Origin: Batkoa obscura
Lineage: Eukaryota
Direction of reading: 5' to 3'
Length of the DNA: 64,000 bases
NCBI GenBank assembly: GCA_030770535.1
Contig: JASVEC010000001.1
Coordinates: 1,488,001-1,552,000, forward strand
In this document: positions 35,456-47,053 of the stretch, one piece after another
Numbering within the stretch: the stretch's first letter is position 1
Layout: every line of letters begins with the position of its first letter
Notes under the pieces: generated by a model
Seen by the model: only the letters and a program-made list of their open reading frames with translations
Databases searched by the model: none
Told to the model about the DNA's origin: nothing
Translations under genes and position numbers: made by a program

Positions 35456-36862
35456 TTATTTTAAAAGTTGGTTAATTCCTTCTTTCTCGGTATTAATATA
35501 AACTTTGTGCGATTGTTCAAAACCATTAAATTCCATATTAAAACAAGTAGAATATGATCCCATGTTTTCAAAATATAACCAATCTTCCAATTTGAGTTCT
35601 GGTAATTTCAATCCTTTTTCAATATTAATTTTATCTTTAGCACCTAAAGCAGGACCCCATAAAGAGCATTCAACATCATCTTCTGTAGATTCAATCTTTG
35701 GATAGATTTCATCACCTCTTTTTAAGATTCTAGGCTTATATAAAATTTGAGGTATAAATGCACCCTCAGCAAAGGATTTAAATACACCATCGTTTAAATA
35801 ATACATGATACTTTTAGATTTACAATCATCGTTGGATTCACAAACACGTTTACCAATGACAGTGGTAGCTAAAGTGAAATAAGAAGCAGCAAAGAATCTA
35901 CCAGGTTCAGCAATAAAAGATACATCTTCCTTTTGATAATAAAAATCTAACGCTTCAGTTACTGCTTTGGTAATTTCAATAAATTCCTTCTTATTTTGAT
36001 GTCCTGGGAAACCGCCACCGATATCTAATACTTTGATATTAATATTTAATTTCTTGGCTTGATCAAATACTAATTTTGATCTTCTGATAGTTTCTACATA
36101 AGATTGTGGGTTTAAACAATCGCTACCTACATGAAAACTAATACCAGTAACATTTAAATTTAATTCTTTGGCTGCTTTTAATAAATCAACGCAGGATCCA
36201 TTCACCTCAGCACCAAATTTTTCACCAAAGGGTACTTTAGAATTACAATCCATTGGTAGTATACGTAAATATAATTCAGCATCGGGATAATATTTATGGG
36301 TCTTATGTAATTCTTCCAAGTTATCAAAGGTCATCTTTTTTACTGAATTTTGCCTAGCAAATCTGAGATGAGATACTTGTTTACATGGGTTAGCATAGAT
36401 GATATCTTCTGGTTTAACCCCATGTTGTAACATAGTATGTATTTCTTTTTTACTAGCACAATCAAATCCAATTCCAATAGCTGCCATTAACTTCAACATA
36501 CTACTATCTGGATTCGATTTCACTGCATAAAAAGGCTTGACCATAGGTAAATTTTCTGCCCATAATTTATACATACGGTATGTTTCGCCTAAATCCCCGA
36601 CTAAGAAGGAGTCTTCCATACCATTTTCGAGTTCTTTCTTAATCATGGTTAAAGCATCGCATGTTGGTAGATTGTTGAAGTAAGATTTAAGACTTGGTTT
36701 TTCACTTAATAAAGCGGAAAAGGTACGTTTAACAGATTCTTTTAAACCAGGATCGGAAAATAAACTTGGATCTAATAATTTTAAATTGCTTGTCTTTTTC
36801 TGCTTTGAAGAAGGAAAGAAAGTAGCTTGAGTTGGGCTAATTACTTGTAATGAATAATCCAT
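35456..36862 (-). CDS. Ornithine decarboxylase homologue lacking catalytic Cys/Asp (antizyme-inhibitor-like or altered-substrate enzyme)
   Basis: PFYAVKSN (PLP Lys), FDCASKKEI, SFHVGS, DIGGGF and AEPGRF are present, but WGPTCD is replaced by WGPALG. First ATG at 36862. Confidence 0.9.
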   Translation of the reverse strand: MDYSLQVISPTQATFFPSSKQKKTSNLKLLDPSLFSDPGLKESVKRTFSALLSEKPSLKSYFNNLPTCDALTMIKKELENGMEDSFLVGDLGETYRMYKLWAENLPMVKPFYAVKSNPDSSMLKLMAAIGIGFDCASKKEIHTMLQHGVKPEDIIYANPCKQVSHLRFARQNSVKKMTFDNLEELHKTHKYYPDAELYLRILPMDCNSKVPFGEKFGAEVNGSCVDLLKAAKELNLNVTGISFHVGSDCLNPQSYVETIRRSKLVFDQAKKLNINIKVLDIGGGFPGHQNKKEFIEITKAVTEALDFYYQKEDVSFIAEPGRFFAASYFTLATTVIGKRVCESNDDCKSKSIMYYLNDGVFKSFAEGAFIPQILYKPRILKRGDEIYPKIESTEDDVECSLWGPALGAKDKINIEKGLKLPELKLEDWLYFENMGSYSTCFNMEFNGFEQSHKVYINTEKEGINQLLK

Positions 36863-37781
36863 ATTGATTGGTTGTATAAAGATCTTTGTCAAAAAGATGA
36901 TTGTTTATTAAGTAGTATCTAATCAATAGATAGATATTATTTTTATATTGAATTCAATGCTATTTGAAGATGTTTTTATACTATAATTTTAGTTCTTTAT
37001 TAATCAACTAAAAATAGTTGACTTGCGGTTTAATAGTCAACTTTGAGATTCAGAGGTTTAATCTAAAGACAAATTTATACATAATAAATTGTAGTAACGA
37101 ATTGAATTGTATTACTATTGATATTAATTAATCTCATCAATTGCTTCTAGAATTGAAAGCCACTATCATTTATATTAATTATTGCTTATTAAAGTCGAAC
37201 TTTTATTAATAACTTTATTAACGTTATAATGTGAATGCATTAAGTTTTAGTCGAAAACATTGTGCTGAAGTTATCAAATTGAGTAAATCGTATTAACTTT
37301 AGAAAGGTTTAATCATATCCCCGATTATTTAATGGTTGGAATCCTCTTTAAAAACAATTAGATATTTTTAGCTTATCACAGCATTAATAAAAATGTTATA
37401 AAAATATATTATTTTTCTTGTTGTCATATAGTTATTTATGTAAATTTATTTTTTATTCTAGACTGTATTAATTCATTTGTTTCCTTAAATAACTATTTAA
37501 TTACTCGATGGTCAAACCCTCTCTTTAAATTTTTATTATATTGTGTTTTCTAATTATAGCTCTGTTGTATGAAATACACTACAACAATCTCCATTCTTTG
37601 TACCCCGAATTCGGGCCAACTATTCGCCTATTTGATTACCCATTGTCTTCAATCCTTTTTATAAATTACTTTATTATTATTCCTATAATTTATAACTATT
37701 GATTCATCACATGAAGTACAATTCCATACCCTTCCTTTATAATCTAGATTTAATTAATTATTGATTTACTTGGCTGAATAT

Positions 37782-37880
37782 GGGGATGTATTTTTATGTT
37801 TAAGAATTTTACTAACAATTTTTCCGCTCAAATAGTACTTAAAAGATCGAAAAAGTGATGAAACCAAAAAAAACACCCCC
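37782..37880 (-). mobile_element. MITE copy 13
   Basis: Reverse orientation, ATAT flanks. Sits between two copies of a short local duplication (TCACATGAA.TACAATT.CATACCC). Confidence 0.85.
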
Positions 37881-39321
37881 ATATCGTTTTTGATCCTCTT
37901 TTCGATTATATTATTATTATCATTGTTGTTTTAGTTTTATAACAATCAATCCCTCACATGAAATACAATTTCATACCCATTTTTTTGATACACTAGATTT
38001 GAAAATATAGTTCATTATCTGGATTATCTGCTGACATTAATCTAGTATCCAAACTTTCACCTTCTTTAATATCACATCATTTAAAATGCGATCCCAATTT
38101 TTTTTCTAAGATATTAATAAAACCCAAATAAACGTCTAACGAATTCAAAGCCTTTCATATTGATGACAATAAAACAATTAACTAAATAAAATAAATAAAA
38201 GGCGGCTAATACTAAATTAGTACAAATTGTTTTTATTCATTAGTCTTTCATTAAATACTATATTCCCCTCTGCTTCAATTCTATACTCGCCTCTCCTCCA
38301 ATCCTATATAATATAAAATACACTATTTAGTAGAGACTACATTAACTTATTTTTGTTTTTATTCTTTCGATGATCTTATCGAATCCCCTATCTGAAGACG
38401 CTAAAGTCTCGAAATAAACAGCATGAAAGCACTAATAGTTTAATCAAGGAACCGATTTAAGTGCTATTTTAGAAATTCCTTAGCTTCAATGTATGTAAGA
38501 TGCCTCTAAATAAAATGGCAGTTGATACACATGTTCGACATTGTACCCTAAAGAATAGATTAAAAGCATTGTAAAAGCAAAAGGATTTCATGAACACTAG
38601 TGTAGATCACAGAAGAGATATGAGAACAGCTTATTACATACAATACAATCAGTATTTACCAAACTGCATTACCACCTCTACTTTACTTTACAGTTTTATA
38701 CGCAAAAATAATTCATACATAAATTATAGATTTCAACGTTTTTTGATTTTAATATTTAAGCTTAAATGAAGGTAACGCCAGCAGTTTAGTTGAAAAATGA
38801 CAAATTTGCATAGAATCTCAAGTCATTTTTTATTTATTTCCCAAAAAAGTGGACAAAAACATGAAACAAAAGGTACCCCGAAATAAACTTCTTAACTGAT
38901 TAGATTGGTTAAGCTTTTCTATATACTACTATAGTTAAATTTTATAGATATGTGCCTAAGATAATGTTTATCAGTCGAATTTTTCAATCATACTTTTATG
39001 AATATGAGTTGTTTTGGTAAAATGCTAAAAATTTTATTAGTTATTGTAGCTTATAGTGAAATAGTTTCACAAAGAATAATAATAGTATTAGCTTTATTAA
39101 GTAAATTAAATTGAAATTGAGAATTGCAATTTAACTATAATAGCCTATAAACGATTCTAGTTTGATCCGATCTATTTTAAATAATAAATATTTAAAGCCA
39201 TTAATAATATTGAGAATAAAATAAAATTGTCCCCTGTCTAATTTAGAATTGAAATGAAATCATAAAAAAGGTTCTTATTATTATATAAATAAAAATTTAT
39301 TAAAGTATAGTAATAAACCCG

Positions 39322-39660
39322 TTACATTAACCCACCGACGATAGGGATATCTTCAAGACCTAAAGAAGACATAAGTCCACCCTTAGAACCCCCATCTGAG
39401 CCTGAACCTCCATATTCTTTACCATTCTTTTCATCAGCTTTTTGATTGTATTCATTGAGTACTTGAGCTGGATTTTTACCACCCATCATGGCCATCAGTT
39501 GTGGAATTAAGGCCGTAATACCTGGATTGTTACTACCACCTGGTAAATGTCCATGTTCTTGATGAGTTTCAACAAACGATTTACGACGTTCTAACTGGAT
39601 GGCGGCTCCATTTGTTAAAGAAATGATAGTAGTGATAAAGATAAAGGAGGAAAATTTCAT
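39322..39660 (-). CDS. Small secreted precursor, PIVG-tail family member 4
   Basis: 112 aa from ATG 39660. Signal peptide, LERR|K, His cluster THQEHGH, ends GGLMSSLGLEDIPIVGGLM. Confidence 0.85.
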   Translation of the reverse strand: MKFSSFIFITTIISLTNGAAIQLERRKSFVETHQEHGHLPGGSNNPGITALIPQLMAMMGGKNPAQVLNEYNQKADEKNGKEYGGSGSDGGSKGGLMSSLGLEDIPIVGGLM

Positions 39661-40767
39661 TATTGATATAGATATTAATACAGATGTAAATGTAGTTTTT
39701 TTTACCAGAAAAAAAATTGATTGTTTAAAGATATTGGATCCTTTCAACGGTTTTTATACCTTTTTTTAAGTACTGGGGTTACTTAAGAAATCTTTGTTAT
39801 TTGTAATAAGCAATACATCAGATTTCAATATGACTGTATAGAAAGTGCTATTTTTAGTTTTTAGCCTTTATTTAATAAATGTTTTTTGATTATTGTTTAT
39901 AATTAATTGTTTTGAGACTTAAGCATAGTACTGATTATTTTAAAACCCCTATAATAATTGTTTTAAAACCTTATAATAATCATTGGTATTATTATTTAGT
40001 ATTTTAATAGATTAAAAACTAAATAAGCCATAGTTTTACACTATAGCTGTTGTATATTAGATTTACTGAGTTTATTTAAACTATAGTTATTAATTGCTAG
40101 TAAAGCTTTTCTGTGTAAATTATTCACTACGAATTTTAAAAAATTAAAAAATTAAAAGATATAATAGATAAACTCAAATTTATAATACTAATACTACCAT
40201 ATTAAGTTTCCATAAGAATAAACTTGATTTTTTTCGAAAATCTTGGATCCCTATGAGAAACTAAAATTTAGAAAAAAAAATATTGTTTAATTTTTTTGAC
40301 CCGCTATTTTCTTACAGTTGATAATTTATCCACTTGAAATTTTATTATTTATGCATCCATGTTGAGTAATAAATTAATTTAAAAATAAATGTGGCACAGT
40401 TGTTTTAATATCTTTTTCAAACTATATAACCTTTCATTCAACGGCAATTTATATACTGGAACTCTATAAGATATGAGGGTCAAGCTTTAAAGAAATCAGT
40501 TGGGCAAATTATTTAACTGTAAAAATTATCACTAGATAGTTCACAAGTGAGATGAAACAGTTATATTGAGCATTAAAAAAACAATCAATTTTTTAAACTA
40601 TAATAGATTATACTAGCTGTAATATAGTTGAATCCAATATATATAAAAGATAAAAAGATAAAATTCTATTTATAATTATACTTTAATTTTTAAATCCTGG
40701 TGATTTATACTTCCATATTTCATTCTACTATTCTATTTTACTACTTAATTACAAACATAATTTTACT

Positions 40768-42285
40768 ATGATCCAACTAATTGGTTATTTCCTTGTATTG
40801 AGTACAGTAATACTAATTACTAAGGTAAATAAAAATATATGAATAAATGAATAAAACTAATAAAAGTTCAAACAGATAATATACACTCTTTATTTCTCCC
40901 CATTAAGGCACATCCCAGGTCCATTTTTAGGTAAACTAAGTGGACTGTATATCAAATATTATATAACAATTGGTAAATATCATGAACACTTAAAGCATTT
41001 ACATGATATTTATGGCCCCGTTGTTCATTTCGCACCAAACCGTATCATTTTTAATGAAAAAAATGCAGCTGACACCATCTACTCTTCGTATAAATTTAAA
41101 AAATCCGTTTTTTATCAAGCATTTGATTATGGTGCAGCTAATATTTTTAGTACTGATGAACGTACTGTACATACTGAACGTAAAAAGATTATTGGTAAAA
41201 TCATCAGTAATAAAAATATTCAACAATTGGAACCAGTCATGAAACACACTGGGTTTTTGCCTTTTAAAAATTTCATAAAGCAAAAGGTTGATAATAAGGA
41301 GAATTCTGTTGATTTTTATGAATTAATTCATAAGGTTTTATTTAATATCAATGGCCAACTTTTACTGAGTGAAGATTTAGGTTTATTAAATGAAAGTAAT
41401 GAATTACCAATATTAAAATGGTTAAAAGAAGCTCAAGTTTATGGCATAATGCAATATGAATATCCAATAATAAGATATTTCAATCATAATAAACAAAGTA
41501 CTGGATACAATAGTTATACTCAATTCATTAACTTTTGTAAAGATAAAGTAAAGTTGAGAATGAAACAACTGACCTTAAATAAGAAGCCAAGTGACTATAA
41601 TGATATTTTACAAGCTTTTTTGAACTCAGAGGTCATTAGCACTGATCCAAATCTCATCAATACTTTAACTGCTGAAATAATTACTGGTTTTATTGCTGGT
41701 ACGGATACCACCGCAAATACTTTAACTTGGGCATTAAAATGCATTTTAGAAGAAGATCAAGTTTATGAGAAAATACAAAAAGAAATTGAGTCCAATTTTA
41801 GTCACATGAATGATGAAGATATCAGTTATTCACAAATCAAACAAGCATGCCCTTATTTAGAAGCTGTGTTGTATGAAGCTATGCGCCTCTACCCTGTTGG
41901 AGCAGGCTTTTTACCAAGAGTGGTACCTAAAGAAGGAGCAGTCTTAGGCTCCTATTTTATACCGAAAGATATGGAGGTAGGAATTGGTAGCTATGCTTAT
42001 AATCGAAATGAAAAATTATGGCATGATGCTGATAAGTTTATACCTGAACGATTTCTAGGTCAAGATGCTAAAGATAAAAAATTGAATTATTTACCCTTTT
42101 TAAATGGCCCACGTTCTTGTATCGGTAGAGAATTCGCTTGGATGGCTATGTACCTTACTTTGGTTTACATGTTTAAAAATTTTAATTTTAAGTTGAAGCC
42201 AGAGTATGAAGAATTAGAACCTTATTTCTTTTTAGTTTTAAAACCAAAGCAGGGTAAATTTGATATTGAAATTGAAAATAAATAG
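40768..42285 (+). CDS. Cytochrome P450 (ER-anchored)
   Basis: 2 exons (intron 40825-40875). TM anchor, SPLRHIPGP hinge, AGTDTT, EAMR, PERF, PFLNGPRSCIG. Confidence 0.95.
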
Positions 42286-43353
42286 TTACTACATGGTTAA
42301 ACTTTATCATTTATTTCATTGATATTGTTAGAAAATATTTTAATGTTTATTATTAAATTTGTTTAGTAAACCTATCCCCTAAAGCATACAATCTTACTGG
42401 AAACTTGATTTAATAAAAAAGTTTATATCATTAATGATAATTTTCATGTATGAGGTTTTAAGCTATTGGGATATGTAATGAAAACCTTAATTTTTTGGAA
42501 AGACAACTATAATTGTAATAAAACATATGTAAAGTTATTACAATAATTTAGTCTTAATTATATATCACATCTATAGTGTTTAAAAGGTTTGTCCTAAAAA
42601 GTGAAGGGCTAAACTTTGAGTCCTCATATACTTTAGTAAAAGCAAAGTAACGATAATGATAAAGGCTGATATAACTGAGATAAATGAAGGTTATAAAGAA
42701 TTTTAAAAAACATTAACTTTTTATATTAATCATTATCATTTGTCTACTAATTTTTAAGCGTTTATTACTAGTAGATTTCATAGCTATGTTCATTGTTATT
42801 ATTTTTAGCTGATTTTTTTTCTTAAATAAACATTAGCATTTTTTTTTTTGGAATTTTAGTTATATAACAAATAAATGCTTTAATTATGATAAGTATATTT
42901 TTATAGAAAAATACACTATCAACTTTAAAGTCGCTTGCAATGTTTTTGTTTATGTATTAAGTGATTACATGTAAATATAGTACCTTTAGCTAGAAGTAGA
43001 CATTTTGGAAATTTTATTTTTCATTAATGTTTTTTGGACTTTATTTTATTTAATTTATAAAAGAAATGCTCCATAATCAGGCATGAGTTAGTTTACTAGC
43101 TTATCAGTTTTGTTTATTTTTTTGCTGTTTTTATGACAATTACATAGCTCCTCAAAAACTCTATTTTTTATACACATTTCAATATTATAAAATGTTAGTA
43201 AGTAACTAATAAAATACAGAAGGTTACAAAATCGTAAAGAAAGTAGATTTAAAGGCTATTTATTGTGGAAATATTAAACTCCAAATTAAAATTCCAACTT
43301 ATGAAGGTTATAAATACTAAACACTATAAATAAAGTTATTTAAGCCTACTTAA

Positions 43354-43671
43354 TTATAGTATTAATCCTTGAGTTCCAAACCAAGAGCCAATATTTAACA
43401 GTGATAGCACATCACCAACAATGGGGATATTAAAGCCACCACCATCTCTTTTGACTAGAACCCTTTTTTTAATATTCTCCTTTTCTAACCCTTTTTCATT
43501 ATTTATGAATAAAGCGACAGCAGCATCATTATGAAAAGTGATTCTATCAATAGCTTCTTTGGGTACGTTATTGAAACCGTCTTGTTTTAAATTACCTAAT
43601 TCCGCTGGAAAACAATTAATTATACTCAAAGGAATAGCCGTTAAAAGTAGCTGATTTACACCAAACCTCAT
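43354..43671 (-). CDS. Small secreted precursor releasing a 30-aa hydrophobic peptide, PIVG-tail family member 5
   Basis: Signal peptide, pro-region, LVKR|DGGGFNIPIVGDVLSLLNIGSWFGTQGLIL*. TATAAATA upstream. Confidence 0.85.
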   Translation of the reverse strand: MRFGVNQLLLTAIPLSIINCFPAELGNLKQDGFNNVPKEAIDRITFHNDAAVALFINNEKGLEKENIKKRVLVKRDGGGFNIPIVGDVLSLLNIGSWFGTQGLIL

Positions 43672-45050
43672 TTTTGAAGTTTAAATTATTATTTGTTTTG
43701 TTTATTGATATTGATTTTCATGTTGGATTATTTATACTGTTTACCAAAGTATCACGCTAATAAACCATTGCAAATACTAGTCTAATAATTATTATATCCT
43801 TTGTTAAACTATATTGCTATTTTTATTTTTCAAGTTTATTGATAAACCCAAGACTTTCATTATCATTTTGAGGTTTCAATTAATTATATCCTTAAATTAA
43901 TATCTAAGTATATTAATAAATTCTACTCGATATTACTTTTATCCAATAATTGTTTATTTAATGATATGATTTCACTCAGAATTTGTTTTGTTTATATGCA
44001 TTTATAATTATCCACGGATTTAAATTCAATGTTAATAATAATGAAATCCCTTAATACAAGTATGTAAAACAACCATATTTTATTAAAAGTTTAGATACTC
44101 AAATCTCGAACTTATTTCTACCTTCGGTTTATTAAAAGGGTAGATATCAAAATTAATGACTACAACATTCAAATTGTTACCTTAATTAATGCCTAAATGA
44201 ATATGTACAATTAATTATTTTTAGCTCACTCATATCTAGTACTTATTATTTCTTTAACCCCCAACTATAAATTATGTTAGGCTCTCCTCTCCTCTCCCGG
44301 ATAAACCTATTTTCATCACTATTTATCCTCTACATGGACTATAATACCTTCCAATACTACAACAATAAGCCAAAATTTCTAAATAAAGCTTAATAGAATT
44401 CGGTTTTAATTTAAGTTTTAATTTAAGTTTTAATTTTCAATCTACCTTTCAAAAATATGCTAATTAATCAAAGTCCGAATCTAGGCTTAGTACTGCTAAA
44501 TAAAGTAAAAATAGAAACCAAAATTCAGTGGCTTCATTTATGTTGGTTATTAATATGTCTTCGATATTTATAGCTTTAAGTTTGTCATTGAATTTTAAAT
44601 TCAACTGTTACAATTCAGAGCTTTAGAGTTAAGCAATATTAACACCTCTTCATTCATTACCTGTATGTTTTACATTGATATAATCCAAGGTTTTAAATAT
44701 ATAATCGATACTATTTTCTGCTCAGTTTAATAATAACCTGGTATCATACGCCGTGATATAGAATGAATAAAATTGTGGTAATTAGCCAGGATACTTCAAT
44801 GACTGTATCTTAGAACACTGAATTAAGTACAACTAGTTTTATTATATTATAAATAATAATACTTGAATTCAGTCACTGTTCATCGTAATATATTTGTCAA
44901 AAATAAAACTTCTTATAAAAATAATAGCTGATTGTATTTTAATATGTTTTACTAAAGCATCCCAGTGCATCTCAACTTGAGAATGATATTAATAAAATTT
45001 GTGTCAAAAAATGTGTTTATAATAAACGGATAAATGGCTCTTAAAGCTAT

Positions 45051-45149
45051 GAGAATATATTTTTTTGTTTAAAAATTTTACTAACAATCTTTCCACTCAA
45101 ATAGCGCTTAAAAAATGGAAAAAATAATGAAACCAAAAAAAACACCCCC
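45051..45149 (-). mobile_element. MITE copy 14
   Basis: Reverse-orientation family core. Confidence 0.85.
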
Positions 45150-45555
45150 ATATAATAGAATTAATAACCTAGCCGTTAATAATAATAAAACAAATATAAT
45201 TTTTAAAAAGTATGAAAAAAACAAAAATATAATAACTATAATAAAAATATAAGATATTAAAAAATATTTACATTTTATTAAATATAATAATAAACTATAT
45301 TATTATCTAGTATCTGATAAATAAATAAAAAATGATATAGTTTTAATTAAAGTTATTATATTTATAGGAAATAAAAAAATCAACCCCAACTTATTTTGTA
45401 AAAATAACTAATTTAAAAGTTTCAATAGTTACTAAGCAAATAAATAGTTTATTAAATGATAGAATATTTTCATGGAAAAGTACATGGATCAAATTACTTT
45501 TATAGTCTAATTAGACATTATTCATTGTTTTATCATACATATAGTCTGATTATGT

Positions 45556-45654
45556 GGGGGTGTCTTTTTTGGCTTCATTATTTTTTCTATCTTTTAAGCG
45601 CTATTTGAGTGGAAAGATTGTTAGTAAAATTCTTAAACACAAAAATACATCCTC
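45556..45654 (+). mobile_element. MITE copy 15
   Basis: Family core, flanked by a 16-17-nt direct duplication. Confidence 0.85.
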
Positions 45655-46625
45655 ATATAGTTGATTATGTAAGTTATTGCCGTTTGTAGCAAAAACCATG
45701 CACTTTAAGTTCATTTCTGTTGTAGTAATTTTTCGAACTGCAATGGGGTATTCAAAAAGGTAATTTTGCAGCCAATTTGTAATAGTAATGTCATCCTTAT
45801 AAAGTTCAGGATGCGATATTACTTAATTTTTTCTTTTAAAAAAATTGAATATTTTTATAAGCTTTATCCTTTAAAAATAAAATCACTCAAATTAGTAGCA
45901 ATATTCTTCAAAATCATAAAACATAGAAAAATAATTATTAAAATTAATAAGTATTTAAAATAAAAAGCCAAAAGTAAAAAATAGGAAAATGATAAAATAA
46001 TGAATTTTTTTTAAAACTGCAAGAAGAATTTTATTGGTTTGAGCTGTAATTTGAATAATATCTGCATAATAAACCAAATAAATCTCATAATGATAGCAAA
46101 AAACAAGGCAATTTATTTCACTTTTTTGGCAACAATTAGCACAATCAACTGTGATGAATTTTAATTTTGCTATTTTAACTATTTACAAATACTGTTCAAA
46201 AATCAAAATCAGTATAGCTATTAAATTTTAATTGTGTAAAAATTAGTAATAATTTGTAAAACTAATAGCTTGTAATATCTTGCTGATTTACAGCTTAACA
46301 CTTAGAATTTTACTTTTAAAATAAACGATTTAGCTTTACACAATTGAACTAACATCTATAGTTAAACTTCTTTAGAATTAAGCCACTTTTAACTAGACTG
46401 GGTACCTTATTAAAGATAAATAAAAATGAGATATTAATATCATTAAATACCACACAAATAAGGCAATCTTTTTATTTTTTATTTTTTGTTCTTAATAAGC
46501 GGTTTTATGGCTATTAAAGTTTAATTAAATAGATATAAACATAACTTAAAGTATAAAAGAAAAAGAATTATGATTTTTTTTAAAATCATAAAAAATCTTA
46601 ATTATTAACTCACTTAATATCCCAT

Positions 46626-46899
46626 ATGAAATTATATCATTTAATTAATTTACTTGTTATCAATGCTTTTACTTTACAACCTAGAGCTAACGTAAGTCAA
46701 CTGTTTTAATATACTATCCCTTCAAATGTACTAATGGCTTTTTCTCTAGTCCAATGCTTTAATCAATCCTAATTTTTTACCTGAATCTACTCAACAAGTC
46801 AAAATTCCCATGTCTAAATCCAATGGTAATGGACAACTATTAGCTAGCTTACCCATTGCTGGTGGACTATTGAAGAGTATGGGATTAACTTTTTTATAA
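46626..46899 (+). CDS. Small secreted precursor, PIVG-tail family member 6 (spliced; absent from ORF track)
   Basis: Exons 46626-46691 and 46750-46899; intron GTAAGT...TACTAAT...CTAG. 71 aa: MKLYHLINLLVINAFTLQPRANSNALINPNFLPESTQQVKIPMSKSNGNGQLLASLPIAGGLLKSMGLTFL. TATAAAAG upstream, AATAAA downstream. Confidence 0.8.
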
Positions 46900-47053
46900 G
46901 TTTAACGTTAGTTAAATGAATTACTTGTTTTTTCAATATATATATTAAATAAAGGATATTGTTTTTATATTTATTTATATTTATTTATATTTATTTATAT
47001 TTATTTATATATTTATACTTATTTAAGTAGAATTCTAGACAAAATAATTCAAA

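Noticed and set aside
37604..37615. Perfect palindrome CCCGAATTCGGG (CCG-N4-CGG, Zn-cluster-like site) upstream of the ODC homologue
   Set aside because: Single 12-mer with no second occurrence or other support.
38500..38602. Tc1/mariner transposase C-terminus-like fragment (NRLK../SIVKAKGFHEH*)
   Set aside because: Needs a frameshift, very short, and no DDE motifs or TIRs found nearby.
24494..42285. Ustiloxin-type (dikaritin) RiPP cluster: repeat precursor, tyrosinase, PLP enzyme and P450
   Set aside because: No DUF3328/UstY gene or transporter seen, repeats are long and heterogeneous rather than short identical cores, the tyrosinase is secreted, and housekeeping genes intervene.
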